A stretch of 64,000 nt of DNA from Octopus sinensis (Eukaryota): positions 74,090,001 through 74,154,000 of the forward strand of contig NC_043001.1 of NCBI RefSeq assembly GCF_006345805.1. The letters are read 5' to 3'. Positions within the stretch are counted from its first letter, which is position 1. Each line of letters begins with the position of its first letter. The notes under the pieces are model-generated. The model did not search any database and was not told where the DNA came from. It was given only the letters and a program-made list of their open reading frames with translations. The translations under genes were made by a program, and so were the position numbers. Of the stretch, positions 1 through 12,091 are shown piece by piece.

Positions 1-818
1 GGCTTTGATCAGCCTGGACGTCTGAACTCAAAGCAAACTTCTTAACCCATACAGCCTTGTCTGTGCCTGTATAAAACAAGTCTTCTCAGCAATGGACCAC
101 AGTTTAATTTTTTTTCATTTTTTTAGCTCCCTTTTTTAATGTTTTAGAGTCTTGGACACTGGCAAGCAAGATTCATGAACATAATTTAATTTCAAAGGAG
201 TACTAATAGTTTCTGTTAAAAAAAATGTGTGGCAGGGAAATAAAAAGAACAAGTTTGTGAATATCATCTCTATGGAGATAACAATTCATTCTCATTCTCT
301 CTCTTATAGATGAATAGTCATGTAGCTCATCTTCAGCAAGAACCTGCTCTACTCCAACCTCTATTCTCCTACCTTAACCACTACCTCCCATTAAGATGTG
401 CCCACCACCACCACCACATCTTTGGATTTTGCAAACTTGTGACCTGCATGATGACCTCAATAGTGTTGGTGACACACAAAAAAAGCAGGCAGTACACACT
501 GTAAAGTGATTGGTGTTATGAAGGGTATCCAGCCGTAGAAACCATGCCAAAGCAGATACAAGGATTATGCAGCTATTGAACCCATTTGTCAAACTATCCA
601 GCCCAGGTCAGCATGGAACATGGAATGTGGATGATGGTGATGATGATTTCAGTTAAAATGATAGAATTGTCTCTAGAGGCACATATTGCTGATGAAGTTG
701 TCATTTAAGCTCTATCACAGTTTAGTAACCAAGAGAAAGAATATAGAAAAAGAAAAAAAAACCTAAGAATTTTCTCAGAAAAATTTCAGAATTTATTTAG
801 ATAGTTAACAAAGCGACA

Positions 819-1040
819 TAAGGCAGTGAGTTGACAGAATGGTTAGCACACTGGTAAAAATGCTTAGCATCATTTCATCTGTTTTTATGTTCTGAGTTCA
901 AATTATGACAAGGTCAGCATTAACTTTCATCTTCTTGTGGGGTTGATAAAATAAGTACCAGTTGAACACTAAGATTGATGCAGTCAACTTGCCCCTCCCT
1001 TGAACTTGCTGGCCTTGTGCCAAAATTTGAAACCAATAAT
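819..1040 (+). mobile_element. tRNA-derived SINE, family A (octopus OK/OR-type), short-tail form
   Basis: Head AAGGCAGTGAGTTGACAGAATGGTTAGCA, B-box-like GAGTTCAAAT, body CTTTCATC..GATAAAATAAGTACCAGTTG, tail GCTGGCCTTGTGCCAAAATTTGAAACC followed by AAT repeats. More than 20 related copies occur in the window. Confidence 0.8.
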
Positions 1041-1576
1041 AAAGTGACATAAGGCTGTTATCTCACAGACTTAAGGCATATATATATATATATAATTAAA
1101 GTGAAAAATGTTAGTATGAAATAATTTCTGTACATCTAGCTATCAGATTTTAGAAGTCAAATCTTCTGATATACAAATATCCTTTATGCTGTCATGTACA
1201 ACAGGCTAGAATTAATAGTCAAATCTTCCTCAAATCACAAACTCTCATCTTAAATAATTGAAATTAGATCATGTTGTCCTAGATATGAACTTTGTCTCAG
1301 AAATGACGGTCATTGATAAAACATGATTGATCGTAGTTCAGTTTAGGTTGGTCTGAGGTTAAACACAATAACATGGTCATAGCCAGGACACTTTGATGAT
1401 AGGTATGCTGGATCAGGAGTGACCTGGTGTTAAACAGCAACAACTTTTATCTCCAAATAACCCAAGAATTCACCCTCATATTGACAGCATTTACATCTAT
1501 CTTCATCATTCATCTGTCTTATCAAAATGTCTGTCACTCAGACTAGAAAAATCTTTTTATCAGTTCTTTAAATTCA

Positions 1577-1577
<1 letters not shown>

Positions 1578-1629
<52 letters not shown>
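1578..1629. repeat. (CT)n microsatellite
   Basis: Direct reading of the CT run. Confidence 0.95.
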
Positions 1630-1632
<3 letters not shown>

Positions 1633-2564
1633 ATGTCTTTATCTCTTTCCCTTTCTTTCACCTCCTTACTCTTGTCTGCCTCTCTCTGTATTTCCCTCTT
1701 TCTTGCCTCCTTATTCTTCCCCTTTCTCTCTCTCTCTCATCTCTGTCACACTCTCTTCCACTCACTCACCCCTCCACCCACTCACACCATATACCTCCAG
1801 CTGCTATTTCTTGTCTTATCTATTTCCTCTCAACATTCTCTGATGTTATTAGCCTCTAAGTCTCTTCTGTGAATACAACTTCTTCAGACTCTCCCATTCC
1901 TCCCACAGACACCATTTTGTTGCTCTTCTGAACACTTACCACCCATTCATTCCCTCTCCTACCCTTATTTCCTACCTACACCCAAACAACCTTCACTGTT
2001 TTCATTTCCAAACTCCACCATCACAGTTGCTGCACCCTTCATATTACCTGACACTGTTGCCTTACCATGAAGGCAGGTGACCTAGTAGCTAGTTGCCCAA
2101 TGCACAATCATAAAGTTGTAGGTTCTATTCCTGGACTGAGTGGTGTGTTGTGTCTTTGAGCAAGGTACTTTATCTACCAAGTTGTAAATGAGTACCAGCT
2201 GAGTACATTGTAGCCCTCTCTTTCCTTCCTGCTGTTGCATTCTGGATGTTACACCAGTTCAAAGGTGATAGGATTGAGAATGAAGTCTGTGTTTGTTCAT
2301 GACTATAGAGGCACCTAAAACAATTAACAAAATCATGGTACATGTTACCAAACTATATTTGCCCACAAGTGAGGGCTGATATTATTGTCTAATCAAACCC
2401 TCTTATATTACATATTCCTGCCACACGACATTCATCTCAAACTTTTTTAATACTAGAAGTCAATTGTAGAAGCTCTGTCATTTGTATGCTGATTACCTTT
2501 GGCAGTAAATGCATTTCATACCTAACTTATCCTATATTATTCCTCAGAGACAGGCATTATCTTT

Positions 2565-2924
2565 TAACTTTTCAGTCATTAGACTGCAGTCATCCTAGGG
2601 CACCATCTCAAAGAATTTTTAGAATCAACTCGAGTGCTTATTTTACATTTCAAATCTGGTACTTATTCTGTCGATCTCTTTTGCTGTACTGCTAAATTCC
2701 AGGGATATAAATATACCAACACCAGCTGTCAAGTGGTAGTGGGGGACAAACAGGCATAGAGACACATACACACTTATATAAATATATGATGGGCTTCTTT
2801 CAGTTTCCATATTCAAATCCTTTCACAAGGCTTTGATTAACTCAAGGCTGTAGTAGAAGACACTTGCCCAATGTGCCACATAGTGTACTGAACCCAGAAT
2901 CATGTGGTTAGGAACAAGCTTCTT
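2565..2924 (-). mobile_element. SINE family B (CORE-like, internal microsatellite), 3' part; the 5' head continues at 4735-4770
   Basis: Matches the intact copies at 15606-15960 and 23500-23845. It is split at GGAA(G)CAAGCTTCTT by the 2925-4734 insertion. Confidence 0.8.
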
Positions 2925-4734
2925 TATTTCATTAAATTTGCCACAAGGGCAGCACATAGAGAGAAGCTTGAGGGCTAGACAGAGACATTAATGGGATGAA
3001 TGATGATGATATAAGGATGATAAGGATGGGAGAAGACGAAAAGCACCCGCCGACTTTCGCTTCTCTAAAACATTGTTCTTTTTTTCTAAAAACACAATGA
3101 GGCAATAAACCTCTTACACAGTTCAAAATTAAAAATAAAACACAAACACGAGGCAATAATCCTCTCACTTTTTACATTTTTAGTCTCTTTTTGAGGTAAT
3201 ACACTCTTCAATTTTTCCGCCCGGCCAGGCTCCTCGCTTCATCAAAGCACACCTGGTCCGTTCTGAACTTAAAAGTTTCAACATAAATCTGAAGGAGTCC
3301 TTCGGGAAGGAGTTCATTATCCTGCACAGATCGGTCTTCCATATGACCTCCGCAGCCACCTGCGAAGGCCACTCAGGGTCCTCCATGCAGGACAGAAGCC
3401 CCTCCCACCAGCCCTTCCTTTCAATTTTTTTGATTTCATTTTGCAAAGTTCCTCCCTTGTGGAAGAGGACCAAAAATTCCTCCTCCAGTGGCACACCCGC
3501 CAAAGGAGAATCGAGACACGCCGGCAGTGTGTCACAACCCGCCGGCAATGTCCCGTCTTTCTTTTTTCTTCACTTTTTCCCTTGGGCCGTGGGAGGGTGG
3601 TGTTCCTTTGCTGTGTCCAACAGGTCCTCCTTTTCTCCTGCAGCTCTTGGGTCCTTCGGATACCGAGACCCAGCCATCCTAAAAAAATCTGGGAAAACCA
3701 GACTTTCGGCTGATTGGGTCCATAGGGTCAACACAGCTTTTGACCCCTCCCAATCAGCTGCAAGCAAAATTTTTACGTTGAGCAGCTTGGTACTGCTACC
3801 AGCCAGGCCCCGGCGGATAGAGTCCTCTATCCACTTGGACTCAACTCCGGGTAGCAAACCGCAGACCCAAGCCCTTGTTAACTTTTTCCCACAATAACTG
3901 GGGAGGAACATAATAATTCATTGCCCTCGAGGGGCTGGCTTGCAAATTCGCAAGCTTCTTGGGGGGAATCAAATAGCAACCAGACCGTTGCAAATTTGAC
4001 TCCCCGTGAAATAAATTTGATGGCTGGCATGTATTCTGCCAGCTCTTTCAAAATTGTGGCTTTCGGGAAGACAGTTATGGTATCGAGCAACTTTGAATAA
4101 GTCCTCAACACCACCGTCTTCCTTTCGAGCTCTTTTAGCCATGATTTGGGAGTGTTAATTCCCACACTAATAATTCCTTTGCCATTTTTTTTTTTAAATA
4201 AAAAGTTCAAATACAGTTCGTTAATACGGTTTCAAATAAAGAAAGATACACAAAAAAAGAAAGAAGACACAACAGAAGGGAAGAAAAAATAAAAAGAACA
4301 GTTCAAATAAGGTTCTTTTTTTTTAAAAATAAATGATAGCTGTGAAAAGAGAGTTCAAATCCAGGCAAAGAAATAAATTTTCGGCCGAAAGGTACTCCTG
4401 GCCAATCCTTTTAATCCACATGGGCACAAAAATTTTCAAATACAATTTCTCACAATTATGTGAGACAACACACACATCCCCACCGCAAGGCAGACAAAAA
4501 GCTCCGAATCCAGTAAGGACTCCTTGCCTGTTCAAAAAAATAAAACCAACAGGCAACAAATCCCACTGGACTCAAAAAGCAAAAAGTCTTACCTTACAGT
4601 AGAGCATCTTTCAGTTCAACTTTCGCCAGCTGCATACCAGCATGACGACTTCAACAGGTGCGTGAAGAACACTGTTTTTGTTCTTTTTTCTCTTTAGGAT
4701 GGAGCTCAAAGCTACACGTCCTCACTGTTCAACC
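2925..4734 (-). mobile_element. Non-autonomous L1/Tx1-like retroelement carrying only an ORF1-like region (HAL1-like)
   Basis: Flanked by a direct repeat GGAACAAGCTTCTT (2911-2924) / GGAAGCAAGCTTCTT (4735-4749) inside a SINE. Minus-strand 5' end GGTTGAACAGTGAGGACGTGTAGCTTTGAGCTCC, A-rich 3' end ...CCCTTGTGGCAAATTTAATGAAATA. No RT or endonuclease motifs. Confidence 0.75.
3180..4185 (-). pseudogene. Frameshifted ORF1-like (RRM-type nucleic-acid-binding) protein of the 2925-4734 element
   Basis: Consecutive minus-strand ORFs 3878-4210, 3570-3911 and 3180-3548 join by frameshifts: ERKTVVLRTYSK..IKFISRGVKFATVWLLFDSPQEACEFASQPLEGNEL / MFLPSYCGKKLTRAWVCGLLPGVESKWIEDSI. The pattern resembles the tandem RRM-like region of L1/Tx1 ORF1 (recognised by eye). 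Confidence 0.55.
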
Positions 4735-5454
4735 GGAAGCAAGCTTCTTACCGCACAGTCACACCTGGGCAATCTTTTTTCAAGAGGTGGGCCTCATAAG
4801 ACATGACTTATGATATGGGCCACACTACTATTTCATTAGGTGTGCCATTCAAAAAGTCCTGTGGGCCACAGGTTTCCCACAAATGCTCATAGGTATGGGT
4901 TTCCAAAGCCCTCAACTTTGTAATTTATTCACTCACACCATAAAAGTGAAGGGCTCTGCTTACAATATTTTGAAGAAGTTTGCTACTATCACTAAGAGTT
5001 AGTGGTGTTTACTTGATATAAATCCTGTATGATGATCATCATTGAATCAAAAGATATATGCAGATATTGTATGGTTCCTCTCTTTCTATCCAGTGATCAG
5101 CAAAATTTTTTTGATCGTTATTAAGAAGCCTCTTTCAATTTTCAGAATTATTTTACATTTTTCACTAAAAGTTACATAGTAAGTCCTGTCTGTGAAAGTA
5201 CATTTCTTGCATTTACAGTTTTTTTCCATAATAATTTAGGTGATATTAGTAAAGAGAATGGTGGAAGGTTTCACCAATAATGGAGAGATGGGACCAAAGA
5301 TGTTACACCTGATGCCATGAGGGGTGACTATACTCGTATATGGTCTTTGATTAGATATGATGAAAGTTGTCATGAAAAAAATGAAGTGCCATCTTCAAAG
5401 CATCTTACTTTTTTTTTTTAATTATCTACCTCCTACCAACCACCCAACCAACCA

Positions 5455-6540
5455 ACCAAAAAGTTCATAGGCTGACCAAGAAACTCTAATGGAATGTGAC
5501 CAAATGAGGTTTATTTTTCAACATAGACCCCCTTACTGTTCATACATTTCTTCCATCAGTGTTGCAGTACTTAGATCCCATTAATGAAGAAACTTTCATC
5601 CTGTTGGTCAAAAAAGTCAACAGCAGATATGATGTCATCATCATTATGATACTGGTTCCCAGCTAAGTGCTTTTTCATCATAAGAGATAGATGATAATCA
5701 GAAGGAACCAAATTAAGACAGTAGAGAGGGTGATCAACTAGTTCAAAACCAGTCAAACACAGCAGCTACTGAAACCAAGAACTGATGAAACAAGACACCT
5801 ATTGTCAGTTTTCTTGGGCATTTGGTTTTGATATCCTTTGATAATTGCCTCAGTAAGTTAGCATAGTACTCTCGTTATGGTGTGACCCTTTTTAAGATAG
5901 TCAATAAACACAATGCCTTTAACATCCCCCAAAACTGAGGCCAACACATTCCCTGCCAATGAAATAACCTTGGCTTTCTTTGGAGCAGGTGAGGAGGGGT
6001 GTTTCCACTGCATGGACAGTCTCTTTGTCGCTGGCTTAATGTGATGAAGCCAACACTCATCTTGGGTTAGGAAATGTTCAAGGAAACTAGCTGGATCTGC
6101 TTCAAACAATATCATATTTTCCTGTTATGTGATCAGTCTGGTGTGCTTTTGATCAGATGTCAGAATATGTGACACCCACTGAGTGAAAACTTTTGTCCTG
6201 CCAAGTTCATTGTGCAGAATATTGTTAACTCTCTCTTGGGATATGCTAATAGCAGTGGCTATTTGATTTATAATTAATTGTCTGCAATTCACCAGCACGT
6301 ATGATCTCAATGTTTTCCTCGATGGTGGTAGTTGCAGGACGTCCAAATGTTGAGTCATCTTCAAGACTCTTTTTGCCTCCTATATCAGACACCCATTTTT
6401 GTATTGCTGATAAAGCTGGAGCATCATTTCTTTATGTAGTAACCATATCAACATGAGTGTCTTTGAGGATTAAACCCTTTTTCTTCAGATGCCAATTTTT
6501 TTCTATTTTCAAGAGAAGTCACTACTAGTTACTTTTGAAG
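5455..6540 (-). mobile_element. Mariner (DD34D) transposon relic with a disrupted transposase
   Basis: Fragments WVSHILTSDQK (WVPHEL motif), FLTQDECWLHH (first D), MQWKHPSSPAPKKAK, and HPLYCLNLVPSDYHL (degenerate YSPDLAPSD). Multiple frameshifts. Confidence 0.9.
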
Positions 6541-6737
6541 TTGTGTAGTGAAAATAACTGAAATACTGAGGGCAAACATTTTCCTCTTTAGTTAAACCAT
6601 CAACTTGGAGAGAGAGGTGAGGAGAAAGAGGGAAATGCTCCTTCCACTAAATTTGTTGAAAAAGAAGCAAGAGTGGTGAACATGGCCTGAAGTGGACAGA
6701 TCTGTAGGCTGGAAAATAAATGCTGAGAAAGGAAGAG

Positions 6738-6769
<32 letters not shown>

Positions 6770-6977
6770 AAGGCACTTGATTGACTCTTAGTCACTGTCT
6801 CCTACACTAGGGAATTTTCTTTGTCAGTATTTTTTATATTTTCTTTTATACATATTTATATGTAAACCCCTGTGTGTTGTAGTATTGTTTTCTGTATAGT
6901 CACTATTGTGTTTGAGCACTTTGATTGATGAAAAAATCCTCCTCCTCCTCTCATCATCATCATCATCATCATCATTA

Positions 6978-7195
6978 TTAAGGTGAAGAGCTGGCAGAAT
7001 CATTAGTATGCTGGATAAAATTGCTTAACAGCATTTCATCTGTTATTACATTTTGCATTCAAATTCCACAGAGGTCAGCTTTACCTCTCAGGTCTACAAA
7101 ATAAGCACCTGTTGAACACTGGAATTGATGTGATTGACTTACTCCCATCACTGCAACTGCTGGCCTTGTGCCAAAATTTTGAAATCATTGTTAGT
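6978..7195 (+). mobile_element. SINE family A copy
   Basis: AAGGTGAAGAGCTGGCAGAATCATTAG head through the GGCCTTGTGCCAAAATTTTGAAATC tail, inserted after (CAT)n/(ATT)n. Confidence 0.75.
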
Positions 7196-7239
7196 ATGAG
7201 TTTTTCTTCTTCCTTCAATTTTGTTTCCATTTCTTGCTG

Positions 7240-7960
7240 AGCGTCTTCCTGACACCTAGGGCAAAGAAACCCACTGTAAACATTGATGAGAATAAACAGA
7301 CCAGCCTGTTGATTTACAAAATCAAATAAAGTTACATAGAGAAAAAAAATATTTGCATGGGTGATAATCATTCTCACAGCAAAAATGCTCTTCTCAATAT
7401 ATGTGACATACAAGTTAAAACAATCTTTTGCACTTCTTGCATGGATGGTAAACCAGGGATAATTCTCAAATAATTTTCAGTCCCCTGTTCTCCTACAATC
7501 ACTGGTATTGTAATTGCCTTGAAATGCCACGTTTTTTATTTCAATGTGCAAATTTTTATATTTTCTGAGCTTGTTAAATTCTTTCACCAAAATATTATGA
7601 TCACAAGGGTTACTCATGTCAATCAATAAACAGAATTTATTATTTTGGTCTTTTACAACAACATCCAGTTTATTAGCTTTTTATGATTCTACCTGTATGT
7701 ACTGAAATGTCCTAAAGAATCATTACATTTGCTCCGTCAGTTACATCCTCAGGGCAATTCTTATACAACAGTTTTGGTTTTATAACGCTGACATATTAAC
7801 CAGTGTAGATACTGGCCGACTCAGTTACATCTAGATTTATATTCTACTGGTGCCAAAACTTCACACCCAGAGCTTAAGTGGTCTACTGTTTCCATTTCAT
7901 CATAAGAGGATCAGCACTTTGGATCTACTCCATTTTTCATCACATTGGCCTGGTAGTTCT
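7240..7960 (-). mobile_element. Degenerate R4/Dong-type (RLE) LINE 3' fragment
   Basis: Reverse-complement similarity to the C-terminal restriction-like endonuclease region seen at 34400-34970 (IDxxxP, KYKxL, IPVIVGxxG-like segments). Confidence 0.5.
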
Positions 7961-8286
7961 GAGTCAATAAGTTTTGATCTTGAGCAGGGAAGATAAAGCC
8001 TTCACTCTCTGCCTTTAGTCCTGAGTTTTGTAGCCGCTGATGAGTGTGCTTCATCAGTTTGCTTGCTACTGGCTACACATTTACCCTGTAGAGGTTTCTG
8101 TTCTCACCTACCAGCCAATTGTTCCTTCATTAAATCTACTTGCAGTGCTTTGCTCAGCCCAGGGCTATAGTAGAAGACACTTGCTTAAGGTGCTGCATAG
8201 TGGGACTGAACCCAAGGCCACATGGTTGGGAAGCAAGCTTTTTAATCACACAGCCCTACATATTCATCATCATCATTCATTATAAT

Positions 8287-8740
8287 AGGGGCAGCAAGAT
8301 GGCAGAACCACCAGCACACTGGACAAAATGCATAGCAACATTTTATTTGTCTTTACATACTGAGTTTAAATTCTGCTGAAGTCGACTCTGCCTGTTATTC
8401 TTTCAGGGCTCATAAAACAAGTACCAGTTGAGCACTGTGGTTGATGTAATCAACTATCTCACTCATCTAAAATTTCACACTTTGTGCCTATAGTAGAAAG
8501 GATCGTCATCATCGTCAAGCAGTGAGCTGGCAGAATTAATAGCATGCTGGATGAAATGCTTAGCGGTATTTTGACCATCTTTAAATTTTTAGTTCAGATT
8601 CCATTGAGGTCAACTTTGCTTTTCATCCTTTTGGGATCGATAAGAAATAAGTACCAATTGAATACTCCAGGTCGATGTATTCAACTTACCCTCTCCTCCA
8701 AAATTTCAGGCCTTGTGCCTAGAACAGAAAAGAATATTAT
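8287..8740 (+). mobile_element. Two tandem SINE family A copies
   Basis: Heads at about 8287 and 8517, each with the body GATAA..AAGTACCA and a tail ending TTGTGCCTA. Confidence 0.75.
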
Positions 8741-8841
8741 TACTATTCTCATCCCAGAGTTTCCAGTTATTGAAGAACTAAAAATTAATTTCGGCATTTG
8801 CCTTAATTTCATATAACATCAAACCAAAAGATACATACATA

Positions 8842-8843
<2 letters not shown>

Positions 8844-8924
<81 letters not shown>
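8844..8924. repeat. (TA)n microsatellite
   Basis: Direct reading. Confidence 0.95.
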
Positions 8925-8927
<3 letters not shown>

Positions 8928-8930
<3 letters not shown>

Positions 8931-9930
8931 GGGATTGGACAAAATAATGGAAGCACCTTAAAATTTCAAACAAATTTATTTTGATATGGGGTAGGACCAT
9001 CTTTGGTAGTAATTACAGTTTGAATTCTATGAGGTATGGACTTGTACAAAATTTGAATTGCTTCCAAAGGAATTTTTCTCCATTCTTCAGCTAAAACAGT
9101 CCCCAGTTCTTATAGAGATGATGGTGGAGGATATCAACTCCTTACTTGTTTTTCTACAATGCACCATAAATGTTCAATAATATTGACATCTGGGGACTGT
9201 GGTGGCCAGTTAAGATGTTCAGCTTCACTAGAATGTTCCTCGTGCCATTCAGTAACAACTTTAGCTCTGTGAATTGGTGCATTACTATCCTGAAAGACTG
9301 CATTTCCCTCTGGAAACAGTTTCGCAACCATAGGTTGAATTTGATCAGATAAAATGTTTAAATGTCTTGACTATTAATTCTGCCACGAAAAGGAAACTAT
9401 TGGGCCAACAGATTTCTAAGATATACCCCCTCAGATCATCACAGATCCCCCTCCATGTTTAACAGTTGGAAGAAGGCAGTCTGGGTCAAATGCTTCTTTT
9501 GGCTGTCTCCCAATGTATTCTCAGCCAGTGGTTGGAATTGAGATAAAGGATGACTCATTCGAGAAAATAACATTCTTCCACTGCTCTAGGGACTAATCCT
9601 GTAGGTTTTTACTCCACTCTAAACGCTTTGCAACATTCATTTTTGAAAGTAGTGGTTTTCTGATTGCAACCTTCCCATGAAATCTGGTTTTGTGCAGCTA
9701 CCAGTGAACAGTTTTTGTAGAAACTGGGTTCTCGAGGCAGTCATTAAGCTCTGCAGTAATTTTGGGAGTTGCACTTTTGTGATCCTTTCTAACAATTCAC
9801 ATAAGAGTCTGACGGTCCCTATCTTCCGGAGCTTTGTTTCGCCGAGGTTTTACTAAAACACTAATAACAAATCAAAAAACATAAAAATAAACAAGCTTTT
9901 GACAGTTTTATAGATAAGCCAAAATTATGA
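8928..9930 (-). mobile_element. Tc1-like (DD34E) transposon relic
   Basis: ORF 9134-9331 has FQDSNAPIHRAK and WPPQSPDVNIIEHLW. A TIR-like end AGGGATTGGACAAAATAATGGAAGCACC abuts the (TA)n. The opposite TIR was not found. Confidence 0.9.
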
Positions 9931-9964
9931 TGCTAGGTATTTTCATTGTTTTGTCCAACCTCTG

Positions 9965-10314
9965 CAGGAAAAACTTCCACCTGTCCCCACCCCCATTTTC
10001 TCCCAAATTTGTTTATTAAAAAAGTTTTTTGAACCCCAAATCCCCCTTTACTTATATGGAGGTTCCGGAAAATTGCCAAAAATTGGCATTGTGAAAATTT
10101 CCCCCTTCCCCCACCCCAATTCTTCAATTTTGATTTTTTTTCCTCAACACTAACCCTAAACACCTAACCCTAACCTTAACCGTAAGTACAGAAATGTTTT
10201 GAAATTTTTGTCCAAATCATAATGTCCGTATTTTTCCGCATATTTAGAAAAAAAATATTTTTAAAGTGTGGTTTTTTGTGGGGGACGGGCGGAAGTCTTG
10301 CCCCCCCCGCCCTG
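9965..10314. mobile_element. MITE-like element with imperfect terminal inverted repeats and internal (TAACCC)-like repeats
   Basis: AAAACTTCCACCTGTCCCCAC (~9970) is complementary to GTGGGGGACGGGCGGAAGTCTT (~10278-10299). TAACCCTAAACACCTAACCCTAACCTTAACC lies at 10151-10181. Confidence 0.5.
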
Positions 10315-10585
10315 TATATATGTATGTGTGTGTATGTATGTGTGTATGTGTATGTGTGTGTGTATAGGTTTCAAACTCGTACGCATGTATATAAAGATAC
10401 ATCACCACTACCCCCATCACTACCATTTCTACTACTACTACTTGCAGCAGCAGCAGTAACAACAACAACAACATGTAGCAGGAGTAGCATTATTACAGCT
10501 ATCAGAAATTATTTGTGTCAATTCAAGGGAGATCACTCTGAATATCAAACTCACTTAACTTCCTCACTTCAAATGAGTTTGTATT

Positions 10586-10882
10586 ATGCTTGGCAACATG
10601 TACGGATTTCATAGCACACTTGGCCGCTTTCAGTGGCGAACGTGCAAACATTTCTCTGTTCTTCGAGCATTGTTAAAGTCTGAAGGCTCGAAATGTTATA
10701 GAAGAGACATATCAATAGATTGTCTCAGCCAAAACAGTTACCAAAATTCGCCAAGTTCTTTCTGCCCTGAGTTTGATTGGGATTATCTTTGTAATCCAGA
10801 AAACACTTTGGAAATAAAAGAAAACATACGGAATCGTAAAGGAATAGGAGATATAGATGCTGTTCACAGACTATGGAAAGAT
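10586..10882 (+). CDS. SARS2: Mitochondrial seryl-tRNA synthetase, coding exon 1
   Basis: ATG at 10586. R/S/L-rich N-terminus consistent with a presequence, then PEFDWDYLCNPENTLEIKENIRNRKGIGDIDAVHRLW typical of invertebrate mt-SerRS. Donor GTAAAT at 10883, phase 0. Confidence 0.85.
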
Positions 10883-12091
10883 GTAAATATAAATTTGTAT
10901 TTCATTTTACCCAAGCGACTCGTAAATAATATCGAAGTTCTTTATACACATCGTTATTATTGCCGATTAGCCGGTATATTAAACGTAAATTAACTGTGAT
11001 ATTTATTCCGCCTAAGTTACAAACATACTCCCTTGTTGCTCTCTATTTCAGAAATACATTGAAAAAAGTCAAGGACAAATGAGGCTCTTGTTTTCGAAAT
11101 ATATGACAGAAAATTTTTATACAAGTAAACGAGCTTAAGATCTGTTTCAAGTAAAGGTTACCTCTAAAGGTTATTTCTGGCTTATTATTTTGAAAGGAAT
11201 CCTATCGTAAAATCTTTTTTCCGTATTACAACGGAAGTATCTCTGACTTTTGATTTTTGATAATATAATTTAAAAGTTGTTCTGGTGTGATTTTTATAAA
11301 TAATTTATTAACAATAATTTTAATTGTTGGTAAAAGAAAAATAAAGAACCGGCATACCTGCACAAATGGAATTTGTAAAGTAAAAATGGCATGATACGCA
11401 TACTATTGGCTCGTTAGTACGTATTTTACCAGTTACATTCTTTACTTTATATAGAATTAACTGAAAGACTTATAAACAGTAAAATACATATAGATGTTTT
11501 GAAAACTTGGCTATCAAGTTGTCATTACAATACCTCATCTCCTGGGTCATTCCATCTTTACAATTGACAAAGTCAAAGTAATAAAGATATTTGGTAGTTC
11601 AGATAGAAAGATTTGTGAAAATGTATGAAGTTAGGTTGAACTTCATTCTTTGGCTGGTCTTTTATCTGCTTGGTATCCTGTCTTCAATGCGGTCATGCTG
11701 TCTGACTTAGTACTTACAACTCATTGCTTTTATTTGAAACAAATTGGAGGGTTTGTCTTGAGGAAGATGTGGCTGTTATATTATGCAGATCAAGCAATAA
11801 CATAGAAACTCCTAACCTTATTGTTTCTGTTGCTTTTTAGACTCATCATTCCTGATTCAACAGACATGATTGAAAATGTTCCAGTTGCAAATATTTTTTA
11901 TTTTATATTCAGATGTAGTACACCCAAGACTAGTGTATCTAATGTTGTTTTCATTTTTCTTTTCTGAGACATTAAGGGAGATTTAATTGTTATTTCTAGT
12001 AAGTAGAGCAACCATATTGACACTCCCTTATTAGCTTCACCTTATGTTTGTAGACATGTGTAGTAGACTAAGCTTGTTTAATCTGTTACAG

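Noticed and set aside
819-910. tRNA genes
   Set aside because: The A/B-box-like sequences here and elsewhere are SINE heads, and no complete cloverleaf could be folded.
3343-3897. 184 aa plus-strand ORF
   Set aside because: Antisense shadow of the ORF1-like region, with no recognisable motifs.
10151-10181. Interstitial telomere
   Set aside because: Only about four imperfect TAACCC units, internal to a MITE-like element.
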